The position numbers and the translations under genes were made by a program. From positions 1,781,355-1,845,354 of the forward strand of contig NC_134030.1 of assembly GCF_964204645.1 (NCBI RefSeq): a stretch of 64,000 nt of DNA. Direction: 5' to 3'. Each line of letters begins with the position of its first letter. Position 1 is the first letter of the stretch. Source of the DNA: Tubulanus polymorphus (lineage: Eukaryota > Animalia > Nemertea). Shown here piece by piece: positions 50,071 through 63,000 of the stretch. The notes below the pieces were generated by a model that was not told the DNA's origin, did no database searches, and saw only the letters and a program-made list of their open reading frames with translations.

Positions 50071-50806
50071 AGACTCAGAGTTAGACTCTGTGTCCTGATT
50101 CACAAGTCAGACTTGGAGAAGACTCTGTGACCAGAGTCTCTTATCTGACTTAACAGTCAGACTCAGAGTTAGACTCTGTGTCCTGATTCACAAGTCAGAC
50201 TTGGAGAAGACTCTGTGACCAGAGTCTCTTATCTGACTTAACAGTCAGACTCAGAGTTAGACTCTGTGTCCTGATTCACAAGTCAAACTTGGAGAAGACT
50301 CTGTGACCAGAGTCTCTTACCTGACTTAAGAGTCAGACTCAGGGTTAGACTCTGTGTCCTGATTCACAAGTCAAACTTGGAGAAGACTCTGTGACCAGAG
50401 TCTCTTACCTGACTTAAGAGTCAGACTCAGAGTTAGACTCTGTGTCCTGATTCACAAGTCAGACTTGGAGAAGACTCTGTGACCAGAGTCTCTTACCTGA
50501 CTTAACAGTCAGACTCAGAGTTAGACTCTGTGTCCTGATTCACAAGTCAGACTTGGAGAAGACTCTATGACCAGAGTCTCTTACCTGACTTAAGAGTCAG
50601 ACTCAGAGTTAGACTCTGTGTCCTGATTCACAAGTCAAACTTGGAGAAGACTCTGTGACCAGAGGCTCTTACCTGACTTAAGAGTCAGACTCAGAGTTGG
50701 ACTCTGTGTCCTGATTCACAAGTCAAACTTGGAGAAGACTCTATGACCAGAGTCTCTTACCTGACTTAAGAGTCAGACTCGGAGAAGACCTGACTCAAGA
50801 ATCAGG
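50071..50806. repeat. 88-bp tandem repeat (~8.3 copies) with three internal hairpins
   Basis: Units start at 50071, 50159, 50247 and so on; stems AGACTCTG/CAGAGTCT, CTGACT/AGTCAG, CAGAGT/ACTCTG. Confidence 0.95.
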
Positions 50807-51243
50807 TAGATATATTCGGTATAGAACCCCCGCCCTTCTTTACCATCTGTGTGATCCTATTCCCTGCTTAGATTTGTTACATTTATTTATAAAGAATTCT
50901 TCGAGTAGAAATGATTGTTTAGTTAGAATTGAATGGATTGAGCTTGATTAGGGGACAGGGGATTGTTCGCATACAAAATTAGAATATTACAGTAGTAATA
51001 ATATAACACGATAAAATGTATCAGAGTTTAGGGGATTACGGTAATTTGATAATAAGTTTAGGAAGATTTTCTGAATTTCTCGAGTTCCACTCCATATTAT
51101 TTTCTCTTGTAACCTTCCTAGCTTAACGTGTAAAAGTAGAGACGATCTTTCAAACGAGCTTAAACTGGATTTCAACTTGAACAAACTTATTTTACACATG
51201 ATTTGGATTACCGGTAAGCAAGTTTGATTGCTGTATCTAACTA

Positions 51244-51453
51244 CAGCAGACTGCGTGTTTCTAGGATTGTCAGGTGCCCTGGACTCAGCTTGCCTTGGAG
51301 TCAATTGCCTTGGACTATCATGCGTCCTGACAAAAATCTTTACAACTACCCTACCCCAATTCATGCGATAATGACCCATCGTCGCTCCAACTGCCCCGCA
51401 GTTCACTTGCCTGACTGGTACCGCGAGATCCATGGCACCGGCGCAGTCTACTG
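51244..51453. mobile_element. Tc1/pogo-like MITE
   Basis: TA|CAGCAGACTGCG...CGCAGTCTACTG; right TSD imperfect. Confidence 0.5.
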
Positions 51454-53046
51454 TTAAAGAATTATTTTGCTACGCAATATTTGAATAAGTAAAGATACCG
51501 TAGAAAATTTGTAAATGAAATATTTGAAATTTCTATTGATGATTTTTCTTTTTAATCGACTCAATCATAAAAACTTGTAACATCATCACAGAATATTCTA
51601 CGCAAAGAGTGAATAGATATTGTTTTGTGTGTGTAGATAATACAGCGGGTAATTTATTAAAGAGTTCTCTCAATGGGAACTCTCTGCTCTCTCTCTCACT
51701 CTCTCTGAACTGGGAGTTCACGTGTTTGTGCCAAAAAGAATTAATTGCAAGCAGCTGTGAATTTAGGATCTCCTCTAAAAAACCCTCATGAGACCCAGAG
51801 CCTTACTGGGTCCTGGATTATCTCATTTGAGACAAAATTTCCGAATAGTGTATTTTGTCTCAAATTTAATGAAAATTTAGGTGATTGAAGCGCGGTAACC
51901 CAGTGCCACCTGGTGGATTTTTGCTGAATCTTCGCTTCCCTCAGTAGCGTTGCCGGTATCCCATTTAACAACTTTAAAGTCAGTCAGTAACCTGTCCGTC
52001 ATTTAGCCTCACAATCGGATATTTTCACAATCCGAATATAAGAGCTTACCAACGATGATTCATGAAAAACTTTAGAGACCTATCTTAAGATTGGACTTAA
52101 GTTACAACTACTGTGGAACTGGGTCGCGTTGTTTTAGTGGAAAATAAGATTATAAATTATTATATCTACTACGTATATTAGAGAGCTCTTTACTAATGAA
52201 TTACTTAAAAAGAAAATATGTAATAAATAAAAGTTAGGTATAATTAATTAGTACTGTGCTGTTTTAACGATAGTTTAGAGTGTAGAGCCTCTCGTTTATT
52301 AAGATTTATTTGTTTTTTGTAGAGATATAAATGTTATTTCAGTGCATTGTCATGACACGCGAAATACTTTGTACAAAATTTTAAATCTGGTTACAAAATA
52401 AAATTTATTACTTTACGGATTTTTTCGTGCGTATTTTTAACTTTTTCTAGAAGAGTTTTAGGACAATGGATTCGAACTCTTGACCTCCGACCAGCAAGCG
52501 GCGACCAGCGATTTCTACAGATATTGATTCAAACCCTGAATATTTGACAACGAAGCGTATCCACAATCCTCAAAGGACTCTGATAAAGATGAGCTGTCTT
52601 CAAGGGAGGTCCTTTATCCACAACCCTCTCTAGTATAGAATGAAATAAGTTAAACTGACGAAATCCACATCATGAAAAACCAAAATTTCAAATATTGAAT
52701 TCATACTCAACTTTTTTATTCATTCTTTATCAAACATATCTTTATTTCACGCTTTGAATTCGACAAAAATTCACGAAAAGAATTTTTTTTAATATACGAT
52801 GACATTAAACGTAGAAAAACAAGGCATCATCACGCACAGTAATAATGAGTGAAATATTGAACACATGACGGTACCGTAATTACAGTTTCACTTAATTACT
52901 AACTCAAGTTAAATCATCGTCAGATAAATCGTCAAATTACTGAAGTCATCTCTATCTTTGGGTACCAACTTATATATCCAAATCAATTTGCCAAGTGTGC
53001 GATAAATCATCACTTTTTCCACAGCAGTCCCCAAAATAATGAGTTA

Positions 53047-53266
53047 GGCTAAACAAAAATGATACCTTGTTTCTCCGCAGCGGCCGGGTCATTTTTGTAA
53101 AATATGATAAAATTTATAAACAGTTCATTTCTATAGCGGCCAGGTCTGTAATGGTAAAATTTATCACGATTTTAAAAAAAGTAATGTATAGGGTAGATAG
53201 GCGGCCGGCCGGGTCAACATTTAAGCTCAGCAGAGCGGAGAAACAAGGCATCAATTTTGTTTTGCC
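53047..53266. mobile_element. PIF/Harbinger-type MITE
   Basis: TTA|GGCTAAACAAAAATGATACCTTGTTTCTCCGC...GCGGAGAAACAAGGCATCAATTTTGTTTTGCC|TTA. Confidence 0.8.
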
Positions 53267-54214
53267 TTATCTGAGGTTGAATGACCATTAAAGACTCCTC
53301 TTAATTCGAAACAATGAGGACGTATTAATGTTTGTTCTCGAGTAGTTGGGCGTGATACGTCTTATAGATAATGGAATTTAGATCTCATTCTGTTGCAGAA
53401 AGAGTTCAAGTTAAGAGGAGTCAGTTGACTGTATTTTACTTCAAGCAATTTAACGAAGCACTAAAACGATTGTGCCCCAGCAAGGGCAGATCTAGGATAT
53501 TTGGAAGGTATTTCTCGGATAAAGTAACGAAGTCAAAAACCTCTATTGGGTATTCCTCTTGGTTCCACCCGCGGTATTGGATATTTTTGGAGAAATACAT
53601 CTGAAACGTTGCAATCGCCGAGAGGATGAGCATCAAATTTACAGGTTAACAATATCAGTCTTGACGAAAAGGGCCATCACAATGGGACCTTCCCGAGAAC
53701 ACCCCCTAAATCCACCAATCCACCCCTGCCCAGCGAAGAGGAAGATAATATAAGATACTCATTTGATGAGTCAAACTACATGTAGTCGATGGAAGCACAG
53801 AAAGAATATCGGTTTTCATGGTGCTCATGATTCAGCATCACCTCAGGTGATGACGACTCTACTGGATTTAATACAATTAACAAACGTTACCACCATATTC
53901 TGGTAGAGCTTCAAAATCAGTTACAAAAATACGCATTTTACAAATATCATTAACAGAAAAAAACAGAGCAAATAAGTCCAGACCATTGAGGTGATGATAG
54001 TGTGAAAAGAGAGAGAGAGCATTTTATAAAGTATTTCTAAGCACAGAAATGGTGGAAAAATTTCTAACCATCTCCAACAACCTCCCACCCCCACACCACA
54101 TATAGACAAACTCCCACCCACCCACACCACTTGCAGCAGAATACTTTATAAAGAGCCTCCTCCGTGAAGTGAGAGCACAGATTTTTACAAACAATCACTC
54201 GTTGTGAAGTAAGA

Positions 54215-57200
54215 TCAAGATTCACGCGATAATCGCTGTATAACTTTCTGATAGTTAGCGACTGATTCCTCGAACTCTTTCTGTAAATAATTCATACGTT
54301 GTTCAGTGGTGAGATTATTCATCGCAGCCATCAGTTCATTCTCTTGTAAAACCTTATTGTATTTACTCATATCATTACGAGATTTCTGAAATAAACATAT
54401 CATAGATTAGATATAAGAGAGAGATCAGTGGAGAGAGAGCAAGAGGGAGAGGGAGTGAGAGGAGGGAGAGGAGAGTGATAGGAGGGTGAGAGTGACGAAG
54501 GAAGGGAGAGAGTGAGGGAGAAGAGGGAGAGGAGAGAGTGAGAGGAGGGTGAGAGGGACGAAGGGAGAGAGTGAGGGAGAGGGGAGAGTGAGAGGAGGGC
54601 GAGAGGGATGAAGGGAGAGAGTGAGGGAGAGGGGAGAGAGTGAGAGGAGGGCGAGAGGGACGAAGGGAGAGAGTGAGAGGAGGGTGAGAGGGACGAAGGG
54701 AGAGAGTGAGGGAGAGGGCAGAGAGAGTGAGAGGAGGGCGAGGGGGACGAAGGAAAAAGAGGGAGTGAGAGGAGGTTGAAAGGGAAAGAGAACAAGACAG
54801 CAAGAGGGAGAGGAGAACGAGCAAAGGAGAAAAGGGAGAGAAGGGTAAGAGGGAGGGTGAAAGGAAGAAAAGATAGTCATTGCAAATACCAAATAATATG
54901 CGAGGTTCGCTTTTATTGCATCAAAACCTGATTACAGGAAGCTTAAAATATTTGCTGAGTAACAACTCTTGGGTCACAGAGTAAATTTTACACAACAATT
55001 CCTACATTCATGGAGCTCATCAGATCAGAAAGAGTATATATTTATCATCCTCACCTGAAATGGTTGATTGATACGTTTTTTAACGTCTAATCTGTACAGT
55101 TTAAACTTCTTCTCATTGTGTTCGTCGGTCGCTTGCAGACGCAAAATTTCATAAACTCTTCGAGCTTGTTTCTAAAACAAATAAAATGCCAGAAAAAATT
55201 TACTCGATTGATTTCCATCAGATGTGCAGATTCAAATTGCAATACACCTACACCATAGTGCAGTATCTGAATTGATCTTAACACTTTCAGTGTGTCTGCA
55301 CTGCAGTGCGACGAGTACATTGCATCAGTAAGCAGAATGTTCAAATTCATATATTGATAAGTCAGCACTGAAACGATTAAATAGAGTTTTCTCCTAACCT
55401 TGTTGATTTTTAATTCAGTTTGAGCTTGTTTCGCCATCTCCGCTGTGAACCCTTCGTGTAAACGATTCTCCTGGAAACTCGACAGTTTACGACAATTTCG
55501 TGCGTCGACGAAATCTCGTAAACGCTGAAAATCTTCCGACGGATCTTCAACTGAAAATAACGATCAGCGAAATTAAGTTATCGATAGAAATATGAAACTT
55601 ATTAACTGAATATGAAATATTATTCACAGGGCTCTGACAGATTAGGGAAATTTCCCTGACCCTTGACCGAAAAATCCCTAATAAAATTATAAGATATCCT
55701 CAGTGGATGCTGCTTCTTATCAAGAGGTTCCTTGTGCCACTCATCACAAGCAAGAACAAGACCCAAAAAATTCAAATTCCCAGGGCCCGGTTTCATAGAC
55801 TGGTATCAAAGTTATCCCTAGGGATAACTCCTAAATCTGGTTAACAACCACCATAGTAACAATGAGAAACCATGGTTATAACTGACAAATTTCAAAGAGG
55901 TTTCCAGGGACTATTTTGCTTGCACATCTATGAAACCAAGCCCAGAACTTTACGCAGATCAACAAAAGAACAAAATGCCCTGATTTTCCTTGCAGGAGAA
56001 AGGAATGTAGTAGTTCTTACCAGTAATATCCAGTATTTCATCTCTAGTTTTCATCTCGTTATAAAACGTCTGCAGCAGTTGGCAGCCGTGACCTTGTTTT
56101 TGAAACGGCGGTAAGATCAACACTTGGCTGATTCGAGGTCGGAATTTCTCCGGATACGCGTAGTAACGATACGTCGTCATGTATCCGACTGTTGCGTACA
56201 TCGTTTCACCATCGCGTTTATACTTCTCAAACCTAGCAACAATAACAACAATTACAACAGTTATAATCCATCAAATTTGAGCTCAGTTCATTATTTAAAA
56301 TCACAGATGACTAAATGAGAACAATAGGAACAGTTCTACGGTCTTCCCCTTTCAGACTATTGGTTAAAGTTAAAATAAGCACCATCTTAGAATCTTCTCT
56401 TAATCAAACTCACAGCTGAGGAACTGGTTGAAGAACTGTGGAACTGAGTCCTGAACTGTGGAACTGTGTCCAGAACTGTAGAACTGGTCAAAGTACTGTG
56501 GAACTGGGTTCAGAACTGTGGAACTGAGTCCTGAACTGTGGAACTGAGTCCTGAACTGTGTCCAGAACTGAGGAACCGGTTGAAGAACTGTGGAACTGAG
56601 TCCTGAACTGTGGAACTGTGTCCAGAACTGTAGAACTGGTCAAAGTACTGTGGAACTGGGTTCAGAACTGTGGAACTGAGTCCTGAACTGTGGAACTGAG
56701 TCCTGAACTGTGTCCAGAACTGAGGAACTGGTTGAAGAACTGTGGAACTGAGTCCTGAACTGTGGAACTGTGTCCAGAACTGTAGAACTGGTCAAAGTAC
56801 TGTGGAACTGGGTTCAGAACTGTGGAACTGAGTCCTGAACTGTGGAACTGAGTCCTGAACTGTGTCCAGAACTGAGGAACTGGTTGAAGAACTGTGGAAC
56901 TGAGTCCTGAACTGTGTCCAGAACTGAGGAACTGGTTGAAGAACTGTGGAACTGAGTCCTGAACTGTGGAACTGAGTCCTGAACTGTGTCCAGAACTGAG
57001 GAACTGGTTGAAGAACTGTGGAACTGAGTCCTGAACTGTGTCCAGAACTGAGGAACTGGTTGAAGAACTGTGGAACTGAGTCCTGAACTGTGGAACTGAG
57101 TCCTGAACTGAGTCCTGAACTGTGGAACTGAGTCCAGTAACTGTGGAACTGGTCAAAGAACTGTGGAACTGAGTCCAGAACTGTAGAACTGGATCTTGAA

Positions 57201-59490
57201 CTACTGTGAACAGGGTTCAGAACTGTGGAACTAGATCCTGAATTGTCGATACAAATTAAACTTACACAAGATAATAATTCCACCGAGGATCATCGGTATC
57301 GATGTATGAAGCTGCGTCTATATAAAACAGAATAAAGGGTTCCAGATGACTGTGGAACTCTCTGAATCCACGTTCATCCACATCCGTTTTATAAATCTCG
57401 AATTTACGAGTGTCAATTTCATCTGAAAAATATAGAAATCGTTTCGATGTAGCTAACTGCACAGGACTTTTTGGTTCTATAAGACCAGTCTATTTAAGTA
57501 TTGATTGACTATGTAATAAGCCCTAAGCCTCCAAACCTTCATTAACTGTATAAGAATGTATCAATTCTCCGAATGGTCGGAATTTTTTCTCTTTCTCGAA
57601 TTCTTTCACAAACTCGTCGATGTTTGTGTGATAACCCGGCGGTAACTTCTCTGTCAAAAGCGGCATTACATCATCAGCCTTTATAACAAAATATAAACCA
57701 TTCAAAATATCGTCAATTCAACCAGCTTTCAAGGACTTAAGATTAGCTTTTACCAGCTTTTACAGACTTTAGATTCAGTTTCTTGATATCATACCAGCTT
57801 TTCATCCAGTTTGATGAAATCGTACATTTTTTTATGATTTCCGCGTTAATTCAGTTTATCGCAAATCAATTCAAAAGTTTCATGAAAAGATTTCAACTCT
57901 ATTTGAGTTTGAGTTCAAATCTATTTGATTTCTTCATTAATTCAGATCAGTTGATTTCAGAGTTGATTCTTTTAACGAATTTGGAATCCCTTGATTCACT
58001 ACTCTGGTTAAAACGTGTCAACAATATGAATAAAAATTTTATTGATTTACTTACGTGAACTCCGTCGAATTTTTTCGGCGATATTTTATCGAGATATTTG
58101 ATATTTAGAAAAGTTTTCAAACTTCCCGCCGTACAAAACATTTCTATCTGTAAATCTCGATATCCGAATATACTTTCACTGTAACACAAATAAACAAAAG
58201 ATATTAAATGAAGTTTTATCAACATGACTCATAAAGTCTGACGACATAGAATGCAGTTCAATATTACGATTGATAGAACACTATATCCGTGTTGACTCGA
58301 TGTAAGGGGGAATCCCACAATTATAACGAAAAAGTCCGAAAATGAAACTTCGAGATAGTAGTTTATTTCAACGTTTCGACTATATCCTAATAGTCATCTT
58401 CAGGAATACTGTATTCCTTGAGCTAGTGTAGTTTATTCAACGTTTCGACTATATCCTAATAGTCATCTTCAGGAATACTGTATTCCTTGAGCTAGTGTAG
58501 TTTATTCAACGTTTCGACTTTATCCTAATAGTCATCTTCAGGAATACTGTATTCCTTGAGCTAGTGTAGTTTGTTCAACGTTTCGACTATATCCTAATAG
58601 TCATCTTCAGGAATACTGTATTCCTTGAGCTAGTGTAGTTTATTCAACGTTTCGACTATATCCTAATAGTCATCTTCAGGAATACTGTATTCCTTGAGCT
58701 AGTGTAGTTTATTCAACGTTTCGACTATATCCTAATAGTCATCTTCAGGAATACTGTATTCCTTGAGCTAGTGTAGTTTATTCAACGTTTCGACTATATC
58801 CTAATAGTCATCTTCAGGAATACTGTATTCCTTGAGCTAGTGTTGTTTATTCAGCGTTTCGACTATACCCTAATAGTCATCTTCAGGAATACTGTATTCC
58901 TTGAGCTAGTGTAGTTTATTCAACGTTTCGACTATATCCTAATAGTCATCTTCAGGAATAATGTATTCCTTGAGCTAGTGTAGTTTATTCAACGTTTCGA
59001 CTATATCCTAATAGTCATCTTCAGGAATACTGTATTACTTGAGCTAGTGTAGTTTATTCAACGTTTCGACTATATCCTAATAGTCATCTTCAGGAATACT
59101 GTATTCCTTAAGCAAGTGTAGTTTATTCAACGTTTCGACTTTATCCTAATAGTCATCTTCAGGAATAAGGCAGGCAGTCCAATATCGATTAATGCTTAAT
59201 CAATTTTGATATCTTGATATAAATTATGTTTCTGTTTCGATATTTAACTTACTTTTCACCGAATACCTGATGACTCATCACTGGACTAAACGATATATCA
59301 TCATTTTCTAAATCTGCTTGTTCGCGAACTGTAAAATCAGAAAAAAAAACATTTGGAAACAAAAAAATTTCTGAAGCCGAAGGAAAAGAATTAGCCATTT
59401 TAGAAACAGATGACTCTTACCCAATTTAAAAACTAATGCATCGTTTGAGTCACATTTGTATTGTTCCAATTTATCTTTTAATAACGACAT
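54215..59490 (-). CDS. HAT1: Histone acetyltransferase type B catalytic subunit
   Basis: Exons 59421-59490, 59253-59328, 58055-58178, 57537-57678, 57266-57422, 56021-56232, 55399-55550, 55055-55171, 54215-54385. HQVFGENESIFGYRDL, FILFYIDAASYIDTDDPRW, YYAYPEKFRPRISQVLILPPFQKQGHG, DITVEDPSEDFQRLRDFVD. An extra upstream coding exon cannot be excluded (acceptor near 59506). Confidence 0.96.
54415..54872. repeat. Polypurine GA-rich compound repeat
   Basis: ~450 bp of nearly pure G/A with a recurring GAGAGGAGGG(T/C)GAGAGGGACGAAGG unit, directly upstream of the last HAT1 acceptor. Confidence 0.9.
56410..57240. repeat. Complex GAACTG-based satellite derived from the MITE family A TIR
   Basis: GAACTGTGGAACTGAGTCCT sub-units arranged in repeating higher-order blocks. 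Confidence 0.9.
58358..59167 (-). ncRNA. Tandem array of 12 minimal type I hammerhead ribozyme motifs (69-nt unit)
   Basis: Minus-strand unit TATTC-CTGAAGA-T-GACTAT-TAGGAT-ATAGTC-GAAAC-GTT-GAATA: conserved core, 6-bp stem II, palindromic ACGT stem III, 5-bp stem I. Period 69 (58381, 58450 ... 59140). Confidence 0.75.
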
Positions 59491-60093
59491 TTTTACCAAG
59501 TTAATCTGCAAATAAAATACATTGTCATTGGATCCATTTGATTTGTATTAGATTGAAGCGATTTTCTGTTTATTTCTCATGTTTTTAGATTGATTTCGGC
59601 GGAAATTTCAATCGCCAGAATAAATCTTAGACTTGTTTTTATTTTGTTTACCCGAAATATCGAATATCTTGCAGAAGAAGCCGCTTATTTCACGCAAATA
59701 TGCACAATATCGAAACGCACTATTTTATTTATTACCGCCACTAGAAAGTTACCGACCGCAAATTTGAGAATAGCGGTGGTTACATTTCCAATACAATAAT
59801 AAATTACTTTATTGATGCATGGAATAACTTTAACTTCTGCGGTACACCTTTAGAACATAGGAAACATGTGGATTTCTGGGATATATATATATATATAATT
59901 TGAATTGATCAAAAAATGTCCATGAAAATTATATCCCGAAAAATCTACACGGCATCGCACCGGACATAGATTCCGATGCCCGCTTTGAAAGCGAATAGTG
60001 GCAAGTGAGTGTTGAATGTCAGAATTCAATTCAATATAGTATGTTGAATAGTATAATGCGATTGAATTGAATTGAGGATTATTGAAGTAGATA

Positions 60094-63000
60094 ATGAATA
60101 GCGTTCGTGTTTATTTCCTCGCATTTGTTTCACTTGTAGCAATTTTATCGTAAGTATTTCGTTATTTCATTTCTTTGATCTCACACATCCCGTATAGTAG
60201 TAGTAGTTCACTCACGACAACACAATCTCCAACCAAGTCCAAAGTCCAACAAACAAAGTCCAAGCCATGTTTGTTCTGCTGAAAAGACTACCAATAGAGT
60301 ACCAAGATAAAAACCCACTACTTACTACTATCCACAAAAAAAGAATTTAAAAACAAGAAATTTATCAATTCGAACAATCTAAAATATATAAAATACACGA
60401 CGTTTCCATCTCATCCTAGAGATCATCGTCAAGTTACTTACACCTTATTATCCGTTCACCACATCACATTTGAGTGTGGTTATTGTTCTAGTATACTAGT
60501 ATTACTAATAAGTTCTAACAGCATGTCGGTCTCGGATGAAAAGTGGCGCCGAATGTACTACATAGCCTAAATACGAACTGTCTGTTATAGATAAATAGAT
60601 AGTGAAAGATTAGATTAAGACAATTGATATCTGATATTATTTGCCAGTACCGGTAATTGTTGTTCTGATGCAAAGTCAAATATTTTTTAGTCCCCTCCCT
60701 TAGTCCCTGAGCTAGGTCACACCCACACCTTTCAAATCAAGCAAAGTTGAAATTGTAGGCGTCAAAAAGACCAGGTTTTATGTCAGTTTAGTTGAATGTT
60801 GTATGATTGTTGTTTATTGTTATTTTCAGTGTTGTTTTTGCTACTAGTCAATTAGATGCAGCTGAGGTATATTTATTATATATATATATATATCAGTATA
60901 TTACCTAATCCTCAAATAGAATCCGATCATCTCAAAAACGTTGATTTCTATTTTAGCATGTTCGAGTAAAACGCTCGGGTGGAGGAGCGCCGTCTGGTGG
61001 CGATGAATCGAACGATAAAACGGAAGATGAAACGATCGGGATTCAGTTAAACGATACGGAATGGATTTCTGGGAAACAGTGGTACCTGGTACGTATTATA
61101 GCCACTAGGTGGAGCTAGTGCGAGGTCTAGGAAATTTTGGGCTATTGGGTATTGAGCAATGTAACCTTATGGGACAATGTTTGTAGCTTCTTATCATCTT
61201 GTATGTGATTATTTAAAATTTTGGTGCTAAACTATAGGTGGTGTTAGTGTGGCAAGTATCCATTAGATGGAGCTAGTGTGAAGTAGGTCTCATTCTTTCA
61301 ATCTTTTTGTTCGTTTCCAGGAAAAAACCAAATCGCACACGTTTCAAACTTTAAACGCGCGCGTTGCCTGGGAACAATGCGTTACGGGAAAAGGCGTAAA
61401 CGTGGCTATAGTAGCTAATTCGATTATTCAAAATAACCCTGACCTTCATAATAATTACGTAAGTTAAGATTAAACAAAATGATTGCGAACAATGAAATAG
61501 AACAATGAAGAATTGAGTAATAATTGAGTAAGAATTGAGTAATAATTGAGTAATAATTCGTGTTTCGAATGGTTTTTCAGGAAGCCAAAATTTCTTATGG
61601 TCCGTTCAATAAAACAGGATCTTCATCACTCAATATAAATCCAGCTGATAAGGCTACGCAATGCGCTGGAATCATCGCAGCTGGAGCGAATCACTTCTGC
61701 GGAGTCGGAGTAGCTTTTGATGCTAAAATTGTCGGTATGAAAACTTGATATCAGGGTAGCTCACCTGGGGCTGGTTTTACAGACTGGTGTTATCTTTAAC
61801 CCGGGGTGTCGGGGAATTTCGTAATAGAAAGCTAAAAATCAGAGAAATTTTTCGAGATTGCGCATAAAATCAAACAGTTTCTGGCTGTGTTTTACATATT
61901 TGACCGTGTTAATTGATCGGATTCTTGGCAGATCAAGTCAGGGAAAACAAAGTGCTTGTCAGGGAATAGTCACGGGAAAAGCCAGTCAATTAAAAGTGGC
62001 CTCCCGGAATAAAATCTTCATTCTTGGATCTCGCCCTTACAGGAAAAAAGTCATGAAATTGAAAGTTGATTTTCTATGAAGAGAATTTAATGGTTGTTTA
62101 ATGAAATGAAAAGAATTGAGATGTTAAATGTTTTATATTTCTTTAGGCGAACAGATGAACGATAAACCGAGTGATGTAAAACTAGCTGAAGCATTAACCG
62201 AGCACAGTAATAAAGTAGATGTTATATTGAATATACTCGAACACACGGCTATTTCACCGATTGGGCAGAAAACAATGCAGGCAATTGAAACTGATATCAA
62301 ACAGGTATCGAAACATTAATCAATTATCCTCTTCAGTGTATCATCAATTATCTTTATCAAAGACAGAGTTTCAGTGGACTGCATGATTACCAGGGAGCTG
62401 ATGACGTGCCTCGGACTGTGTTTGTCGCCGAGCCGTTTACCTCTAATTATCACGTGACCCTGACTCTGTTTGCCATTGCCTCTAATTATATATGCTATTC
62501 CGTATATTTCTAGGGTCGAAAGAGTAAGGGTACGATACTAGTGACCCCTGTTGGCGATCTCGGTACTAGTTGCTCGTTTAACGGATTTATAAATCGTCCC
62601 GAATCGATCGCCGTTTCCGCTATCAGACGTAACGGCTTTAAACTAACGGACGGCAATCACTGCTCCGCCGTCATGGCAACGGCTTATAGTAAAAATCAAC
62701 AAGATACGGATCCAATTGTAGGTTTTGGATCGGTTGAATCCAATACACGTATTTATTCTAATGTAGGTTGTGAATAATGAAATTATTTTGTTTCGTGCAA
62801 AGGTTACAGTAACAGGAAATGAAGGATGCACCGAAGACGTAGCTGGTTCGGCACCTGCTGCATCATTCGCAGCTGGAATTATTGCACTCGCTTTGGAAGC
62901 CAAGTAAGCATTGATCATTTACACTCGGAGTCCACGCCTCGGCCGGGACTGAGGATACGTCGTGGCAGTAAAACAAATTCATAGAGATGTAAATTAGATT

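Noticed and set aside
54375-54892. Leu/Ser/Pro-rich ORFs (also 10979-11296 and 56662-57283)
   Set aside because: Translations of low-complexity or satellite DNA inside introns.
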